Source: a bacterium (GTDB taxonomy: Bacteria > Electryoneota > Electryoneia > Electryoneales > Electryoneaceae). From it: a DNA stretch of 64,000 nucleotides. Below the pieces are notes generated by a model. That model saw only the letters and a program-made list of their open reading frames with translations. It did no database searches and was not told where the DNA came from. This document shows positions 58,546-64,000 of the stretch, in pieces (within the stretch, counting starts at the first letter, position 1; the number at the start of each line of letters is the position of its first letter). The stretch spans positions 32,001-96,000 of the forward strand of contig JAZDLX010000007.1 in the NCBI GenBank assembly GCA_043801585.1, given 5' to 3'. Position numbers and translations under genes: made by a program.

Positions 58546-59337
58546 ATGACCGGAGACAGGTGGATGGGGCTTCGCAACGCATGCAGGGTCACCTTCCGGA
58601 ATGCGGAAGGCAGCGAGCTGTGCGGCCACATCGAACGCCCGCAGGACCGTGAACCGTATGCATGGGCGATTTTCGCACACTGTTTCACCTGCAACAAAAA
58701 CTACAAAGCACCCGTCTTCATCAGCAGGTATCTGGCGGATGCGGGAATCGCAACCCTTCGCTTCGATTTTCCGGGGTTGGGCGGGTCGTCCGGAGATTTT
58801 GCGGACACGACTCTTTCCGGATACGTTCGGGATGTTGTCTCTGCAGCATCTTTTCTGACGCAGCATTTTCGCTCTCCCCGCGTCCTCATCGGTCATTCCA
58901 TGGGAGGCGCGTCGGTGTTGCTCGCTGGATCGCAGATCAGCGGCGTCGAATTGATCGCAACCGTTGGCGCTCCCTCGAAACCCGGGCAACTTGGAAAAAA
59001 CCTGCAGGTCGCCAGGGAACAGGCCGTGGAAAGAGGCATCGGTGAATTGCTTGTGAACGGCCGGACGTATCGGCTTCGCAGGGATTTTTTCGATGACCTG
59101 GAGCGGCACGACCTGCATAAGGGACTTGACGCTCTGCGCTCGAAATTGCTGATTGTGCATAGTCCCAGCGACGACATCGTACCCTATGAAAATGCGAAGC
59201 GTTTGATGGAGTGGGCGCACGCGCCGAAATATCTGCTCACACTCGATTCGGAAGCAGACCATTTGTTGAGTCGGGAGCAGGACGCCTATCAGGTGGCTCA
59301 CGCTATCGTGATCCGTGTCCGGAAGGGTGTTCACTAG
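58546..59337 (+). CDS. Alpha/beta hydrolase (like the N-terminal half of hydrolase-OsmC fusions)
   Basis: FAHCFTC.K, LRFDF.GLG.S.G, GHSMGG, HSPSD, ADHLLS. Confidence 0.88.
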   Translation: MTGDRWMGLRNACRVTFRNAEGSELCGHIERPQDREPYAWAIFAHCFTCNKNYKAPVFISRYLADAGIATLRFDFPGLGGSSGDFADTTLSGYVRDVVSAASFLTQHFRSPRVLIGHSMGGASVLLAGSQISGVELIATVGAPSKPGQLGKNLQVAREQAVERGIGELLVNGRTYRLRRDFFDDLERHDLHKGLDALRSKLLIVHSPSDDIVPYENAKRLMEWAHAPKYLLTLDSEADHLLSREQDAYQVAHAIVIRVRKGVH

Positions 59338-59411
59338 GAGAAACCGAGATTAAATCATATATAACAATTACATAACAATGCGTGAAGCCCAACGGGTAGT
59401 GTCGTCGATTG

Positions 59412-59440
59412 TTGCCTTTCAAAGGCACCCCAGCTATATT
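59412..59440 (+). promoter_or_regulatory. Putative promoter for yggS-divIVA (TTGCCT-N17-TATATT) overlapped by a 15-bp palindrome
   Basis: 17-nt spacer; TGCCTTT-C-AAAGGCA at 59413-59427. Confidence 0.55.
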
Positions 59441-59466
59441 GCAACCTGCCTGAAACGGGCAATGCC

Positions 59467-60189
59467 ATGATAAAGAACGCACTATCGCAACGGTTAGCTG
59501 AAGTTCAACGCCAGATTGCGGAAGCCGCCCGAATCGCAAACCGCGATCCAGCGGGCGTTACGATCATCGGCGTGACGAAGACTCTACCAGCGGAGCTGGT
59601 TGCGGAGGGTGTTGCAGCGGGTTTGACAAACCTTGGCGAAAACCGTCTTCAGGGAGTTCCTGAAAAAGTGGAGATGGTGAAGCGGCTCGCAGGGGCTGGT
59701 CTGGCCGAGCGGTTGACCTGGCATTTCATCGGCCACCTGCAAACCAACAAGGTTCGTTCTGTACTCGAGACGTTTACGCTGATACACAGTCTGGACCGCG
59801 AGAACCTTGTGGACCGTGTGGACCGAACCGCGGGTGAGTTGGGGATCGTCGCTCACGGTCTGATCCAGGTAAATGTCAGCGGCGCGGAAAGCCAGGGGGG
59901 AGTCGAGCCGGAAGCGTTGATGAAGTTGGCGGAGATTGCCTCGAATCGTGAATTTCTTCGAGTGCACGGTTTGATGGCGATCGGTCCGAATACGGACAAT
60001 GCGGATGACATTCGGAGGGCATTCCGCAGTGTTCGCGGACTTGCAGCGGAGGTTGGCGCAACCAACCTTCCCGGTGTGACAATGGAAATGCTCTCAATGG
60101 GAATGAGCAATGATTATCAAATCGCTGTTGAAGAGGGTGCGACCCATGTACGGATTGGAACGGCCATCTTTGGCCCCCGCTGGACTTGA
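59467..60189 (+). CDS. yggS: PLP homeostasis protein YggS
   Basis: GVTK, GENR.Q, WHFIGHLQTNK, IHSLD, GLMAIG, LSMGMSNDY..A.EEGAT.VRIGTAIFG. Confidence 0.97.
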   Translation: MIKNALSQRLAEVQRQIAEAARIANRDPAGVTIIGVTKTLPAELVAEGVAAGLTNLGENRLQGVPEKVEMVKRLAGAGLAERLTWHFIGHLQTNKVRSVLETFTLIHSLDRENLVDRVDRTAGELGIVAHGLIQVNVSGAESQGGVEPEALMKLAEIASNREFLRVHGLMAIGPNTDNADDIRRAFRSVRGLAAEVGATNLPGVTMEMLSMGMSNDYQIAVEEGATHVRIGTAIFGPRWT

Positions 60190-60198
60190 GAGGAAACC

Positions 60199-60714
60199 AT
60201 GAACCTCACGCCGTTGGACATTAGAAAACAGGATTTCAGCCGGCAGATGCGCGGCTACGATGTGGATGAGGTGCGCAGTTTCCTCGATTTGATCGCTGAG
60301 CAATTTGAAGCGTTGCGCAGCGAGCGGGACGAACTGATCAAGCATGCCGAGTTCCACGAGTCGAAACTCAAAGAGTATCAGCAGATGGAGGGCAATCTTC
60401 AAGACGCGATGATGAACGCCCAGAAGGCCGGACGCAGCGCGGAAGAGGAGTCCTCGAAAAAAAGTGAACTACTGGTGCAGAATGCCCGGCTTGAGGCGGA
60501 CAGGATCATTTATGAAGCCCGCCGCAAACATCAGCAACTTCTTGACGACGTGCATCGCCTGGAGGGGCAGCGCCGTTCGTTCATTTTGAAGATGAAGCAG
60601 ATCCTGCGTGGGCAGGTGGAATTGCTGGATATTCTTGAACAGGAAGCTCTCGAAGACAGTGAGATGTTGAAAAAAAGCCTGTCGGGTGGAAAACCACCAG
60701 TTGGAAATGTCTGA
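60199..60714 (+). CDS. divIVA: DivIVA domain protein
   Basis: LTPLDIRKQDF...RGYDVDEVRSFLD followed by coiled coil. Confidence 0.92.
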   Translation: MNLTPLDIRKQDFSRQMRGYDVDEVRSFLDLIAEQFEALRSERDELIKHAEFHESKLKEYQQMEGNLQDAMMNAQKAGRSAEEESSKKSELLVQNARLEADRIIYEARRKHQQLLDDVHRLEGQRRSFILKMKQILRGQVELLDILEQEALEDSEMLKKSLSGGKPPVGNV

Positions 60715-60717
60715 ACT

Positions 60718-60746
60718 TTGCTCCATTAAATGCCATATTATACAAT
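60718..60746 (+). promoter_or_regulatory. Putative promoter (TTGCTC-N17-TACAAT) giving a ~185-nt leader for traR/dksA
   Basis: Spacing and AT-rich context. Confidence 0.55.
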
Positions 60747-60774
60747 TAAATAGGAATAATTATAAGACGAAGAG

Positions 60775-60915
60775 GAGTGACTCGGCGAGTACTCTTGTAG
60801 AGTCCCGGACAGGGAGCGAAAGCTGGGTGAAGATCGTACCTTTGACCGCTCTCGTCAGATCGATTTGACGGGCGGACGGGACACAAAACAGAATCTGCAG
60901 GGCCGACCAGGCTAA
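60775..60915 (+). ncRNA. Candidate structured leader RNA (unassigned family)
   Basis: Multiple helices read by eye, loop-E-like AGUA/GAA motif, GUCCCG/CGGGAC long-range pairing; see findings. Confidence 0.4.
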
Positions 60916-60936
60916 CATTGATGCATAAGGTGTACC

Positions 60937-61338
60937 ATGGCCAAGAAAGACGGAATGCGCCGTTATTCGACAAAGGATCTGCCGCATTTCCGGAAGATCA
61001 TCGAACAGAAGCGTGAAGCGGTTCAACGGGAGCTCGGATACCTCGAGGAGAATTCGTTGAAAACTCTCGAGGAATACTCCGGTGATTCCTCGACCTATTC
61101 GCTGCACATGGCGGATCAGGGCACGGATGCGCAGGAGCGGGAGAAGGCATTCCTCTTTGCTTCGCGCGAGAACAAGTTCCTCGGTCATTTGAATCGAGCG
61201 CTGGAACGCATGGAAAGCGGCGTTTACGGAATGTGTGCAGAATGCGGTCAGCCGATTCATTACAAGCGGCTCGAGGCCGTGCCACACGCCACACTCTGCA
61301 TCGATTGCAAGAAGAAGCAGGAAGAGGAACGGCGTTGA
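60937..61338 (+). CDS. dksA: TraR/DksA C4 zinc-finger protein
   Basis: HMADQGTD coiled-coil tip, YGMCAECGQPI...RLEAVPHATLCIDC. Confidence 0.9.
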   Translation: MAKKDGMRRYSTKDLPHFRKIIEQKREAVQRELGYLEENSLKTLEEYSGDSSTYSLHMADQGTDAQEREKAFLFASRENKFLGHLNRALERMESGVYGMCAECGQPIHYKRLEAVPHATLCIDCKKKQEEERR

Positions 61339-61500
61339 ATCCCGGCCGACGGAAGAGGTCGGATGGGAGAGAGCCTGACATCGTCTGAACCAATTGATTT
61401 AAACCCTCTCCTGTATTCTGCCTCTCCGCCGATGTTGTTCAAGCGGTACCGTCCCTTGAAAAGTCCTTCACCCGCCCAATCCATCATCCGGAGACCGGCC

Positions 61501-62127
61501 GTGACCCGAACCGTTCGACACTACCTGCCACTGACACTCACGCTGCTGGTCATCTTTCTGGATCGGCTGACGAAAGTGATCGTGTCGCACTCGATGAAAC
61601 TGCGTGAGTCGATCCCTTTTCTTGGGGATACGGTTCGATGGACGTACATCCACAACGATGGAATGGCGCTGGGGATCAACCTGATCAATACGCGCACTCT
61701 GGGCATCCTTTCGCTGCTTGCCGTCATTATCGTGACGTGGGTGTTCATCCGTGTCAGTGACGATCCGAAGGGAATTCGTTGGATTCTGGCTGCGATTCTC
61801 GGTGGCGCGGTGGGCAATACCTATGACAGGTTGGTGCATGGATACGTCATCGACTTCGTCGATGTAGACCTGCCGAATTTTCTCATGGAACGTTTTGCGG
61901 TTTTCAACGTTGCGGATTCTGCGGTATCCGTAGGAGTAACGGTGCTGATCCTGATGCTGTTCCTTCAGAAACAGCATGAAAAGCCGTTACAAATACCCGA
62001 GCTGGATACTCCATCGATGAACGCTCCCTCCACGAAAGAAACTCCCATACCTTCCAATGAATCCATATCCGGCGGGACTGAAACGCCGGGCGGATCCGAT
62101 GCAGCGAAGGAAACGGAGGAGGCATGA
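61501..62127 (+). CDS. lspA: Lipoprotein signal peptidase II
   Basis: DRLTK, NDGMALG, GGAVGNTYDR, VIDF, FNVAD; GTG start inferred. Confidence 0.93.
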   Translation: MTRTVRHYLPLTLTLLVIFLDRLTKVIVSHSMKLRESIPFLGDTVRWTYIHNDGMALGINLINTRTLGILSLLAVIIVTWVFIRVSDDPKGIRWILAAILGGAVGNTYDRLVHGYVIDFVDVDLPNFLMERFAVFNVADSAVSVGVTVLILMLFLQKQHEKPLQIPELDTPSMNAPSTKETPIPSNESISGGTETPGGSDAAKETEEA

Positions 62128-62894
62128 AACGTCTGACGCTCGCATGCGTGCTCCTTTTCACCCTTGTCGCAGGATCATCTGCGCAGACCTTCCCGAAGCC
62201 CCAGGGTTTTGTCAACGATTATGCCGGTGTGATGTCCTCAGGCGACCGCCAGCGACTCGAGTCGTTGGGACGGGAAATCCAGCAGAAAGCTGACATTGAA
62301 TTTGCTTTCGTGACCATCGATACCATCCCCGAGGGCGAGGACATTTCTCTTTATACCGTTGAGTTGGGGCATGCCTGGGGGGTTGGGAAGAAGGGGGCTG
62401 ACCGCGGCGCAGTACTCCTGTACAAAACGGGACGGAGCGATGGGAGCGGCCGTCAGGTGTACCTGGCGACGGGGTACGGACTTGAGGGTCAGGTTCCCGA
62501 CGGCGTTGCGGGACGAATTCTGGACCAGGTGACGATTCCCTATCTGAGTCAAGAGAAAATCCTCGAGGGATTTGCCGCTACTGCTGTCGCAGTCGTGCAA
62601 CGTGTGGAGCCCAAAGTCCGGCTGACAGGCGAGATGTCACGCCAGGTGCAGTGGGATAATAAGGGTCGGGAGATGAGCCCCATCGGCATCATCTTCATGA
62701 TCATCCTGTTCATCGTCCTGATGTCTTCCCGCACCGGCCGTGCAATTCTTTTCGGTATGTTGCTCAGCTCGATGTTCGGTCGCCGCGGTGGGGGTTGGGG
62801 TGGCGGCGGATTTGGCGGCGGTGGATTTGGCGGAGGATTCGGTGGTTTCGGTGGTGGCGGTTTCGGTGGTGGCGGCGCCGGCCGTTCCTTCTAA
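62124..62894 (+). CDS. TPM (YgcG-like) domain membrane protein with Gly-rich tail
   Basis: Signal peptide, VNDYAGV, WGVG.KG.D.G, GYGLEG..PD, TM, GGGGFGGG repeats. Confidence 0.92.
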   Translation: MKRLTLACVLLFTLVAGSSAQTFPKPQGFVNDYAGVMSSGDRQRLESLGREIQQKADIEFAFVTIDTIPEGEDISLYTVELGHAWGVGKKGADRGAVLLYKTGRSDGSGRQVYLATGYGLEGQVPDGVAGRILDQVTIPYLSQEKILEGFAATAVAVVQRVEPKVRLTGEMSRQVQWDNKGREMSPIGIIFMIILFIVLMSSRTGRAILFGMLLSSMFGRRGGGWGGGGFGGGGFGGGFGGFGGGGFGGGGAGRSF

Positions 62895-62907
62895 TACGGA
62901 GTCAGAG

Positions 62908-63624
62908 ATGGACCAGAGAATCAAGGGCGCAGTCGAATCGAGCGTCGAGCTTTGGAAGCGTGTGTGGGGTGACTCTTTGCAGTCAATCCATCTTTACGGT
63001 TCTGCTGCTAGGGGCGATTGGTCTGCGAAGACAAGCGACGTCAACCTCCTGCTCCTTGTCGAGAGCGGTGACTACAGCCAGTGGCCGAATGCGGCAGATG
63101 TGGTCAAGAGGAAAACGAAAAAGGGATTCGCGGTTCCGCTGATTCTTTCGGAGAATTACGTGCGCTCGTCGCTTGACGTCTATCCCATGGAATTTCTGGA
63201 CATCAAGCTGTTTCATGAAACGCTCCATGGGAGCGACTTCTTTGACGAGGTGACGATTCGTCCCGAGCATCTGCGGTTGCAGGCGGAGCGGGAGGTCAAG
63301 GGCAAGTGGGTTCAACTGCGCCAGGCAGCCCTCGAACGTGGAAGCAGCACAACGGCGATTCGCGAACTGCTGGCGATGAGCTCGGCGACGTGGAGCGCTG
63401 TTTTCCAGGCGCTCCTGGTGATCGAAGGGAAGGACGTTCCGCCCGACCGCAAGGAAGTCATCCGGCAGGGGGCGGCCTTGGCGAACGTGGATCCGGACGT
63501 TTTTCTGAGAGTGCACGCAGTTCGTCATGAACGCAGAGCGATGAACCGGCTTGGCGCCTGGGATTTGCTCATGAAGACGTTGAAACAACTTGATCATCTG
63601 GCTCGGTTCGTCGATGCGTGGTAG
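62908..63624 (+). CDS. Pol-beta-superfamily nucleotidyltransferase-like protein with helical C-domain
   Basis: LYGSAARGD....SDVNLLL; SLDVYPMEFLD; LRLQAEREVKGK...LRQ. Confidence 0.8.
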   Translation: MDQRIKGAVESSVELWKRVWGDSLQSIHLYGSAARGDWSAKTSDVNLLLLVESGDYSQWPNAADVVKRKTKKGFAVPLILSENYVRSSLDVYPMEFLDIKLFHETLHGSDFFDEVTIRPEHLRLQAEREVKGKWVQLRQAALERGSSTTAIRELLAMSSATWSAVFQALLVIEGKDVPPDRKEVIRQGAALANVDPDVFLRVHAVRHERRAMNRLGAWDLLMKTLKQLDHLARFVDAW

Positions 63625-63705
63625 TCCTGAGCAGGGGCGGACAGAGTTACATTTGAATCATCCTATGTCCGCGCAGGGCGGACACTTTTGTGCAAGGAGG
63701 TATCC

Positions 63706-64000
63706 GTGAAACGTGGAACGGTCACGATCCTGATCGTCGTCGGAGTACTGGTTGTCGTTGGATTTTCCATTTTCTCGTTTGTCCGGGGTACATACAACTC
63801 GCTCGTCAACATGGAAGAAACGGTCAATGGCTCATGGGCGGAGGTTGAAAACAACCTTCAGCGGAGATATGACCTGATTCCGAATCTCGTGAACACGGTC
63901 AAAGGGTACGCCAAGCAGGAACAGCAGGTGCTGCTGGGAGTCACCGAAGCGCGTGCAAAGGTCGGCGGCGCCACAAACCAGGGGCAGCGGATGGAGGCGG
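63706..64000 (+). CDS. lemA: LemA family protein (truncated by window edge)
   Basis: Manual translation from GTG after AAGGAGG: TM, then YNSLV..EE.V...WAEVENNLQRRYDLIPNLVNTVKGYA.QEQ.VL..VTEAR. Confidence 0.93.
   Translation, partial: MKRGTVTILIVVGVLVVVGFSIFSFVRGTYNSLVNMEETVNGSWAEVENNLQRRYDLIPNLVNTVKGYAKQEQQVLLGVTEARAKVGGATNQGQRMEA

Noticed and set aside
60770..60940. Calling the dksA leader a canonical T-box, ZTP or lysine riboswitch, 6S RNA or RNase P
   Set aside because: Each resemblance is partial: no intact UGGN antiterminator bulge, no GUGG/CCAC or CGCCUGGGC, no GCCGAA lysine core, and too short for RNase P. Left unassigned.
62787..62880. GGC/GGT-rich tandem repeat
   Set aside because: Encodes the ordinary Gly-rich tail of TPM proteins; not a CRISPR array or independent repeat.
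62908..63624. NTase as a CBASS CD-NTase or MNT-HEPN toxin-antitoxin component
   Set aside because: DxD is altered to DxN, no effector or HEPN RxxxxH toxin gene is adjacent, and the context is TPM/LemA.

Overview
A gene-dense, moderately GC-rich 64 kb chromosomal segment of a diderm bacterium. It most likely belongs to the FCB superphylum (Ignavibacteria/Calditrichaeota-like), judged from the fused lpxC-fabZ, the GlmU with only an N-terminal domain, and the TPR-DUF4292-like and LytR_C-rsfS pairs; this placement is inference. Most genes are housekeeping. The minus strand (1-7 kb) carries ridA, a proline dehydrogenase and an operon of three GT2 enzymes, a flippase and a deacetylase. The plus strand carries a heterodimeric ABC exporter, holA, an ECF sigma/anti-sigma pair, deoB, rdgB, iscS, mnmA, panBC, argS, mtnA, uppS-tamB-bamA-skp-lpxD-lpxC/fabZ-lpxA, rseP, LPS glycosyltransferases, a PBP1A/SPOR module, an orphan DNA methyltransferase, an M1 peptidase, mpl, yggS-divIVA-traR/dksA-lspA and a TPM-nucleotidyltransferase-LemA module. 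I saw no prophage, transposase, CRISPR array, tRNA or rRNA. The best leads are: (1) a structured leader RNA with two alternative folds upstream of traR/dksA; (2) a 65-aa basic protein resembling the Bacteroidetes ribosomal protein bL38/DUF4295, out of its usual context; (3) the TPM-NTase(DxN)-LemA membrane module; (4) the triple-GT2 glycolipid-like operon; (5) ECF-type promoters placed before the anti-sigma gene rather than the sigma gene; (6) a REP doublet with covarying arms. All calls come from reading motifs by eye, without database searches.
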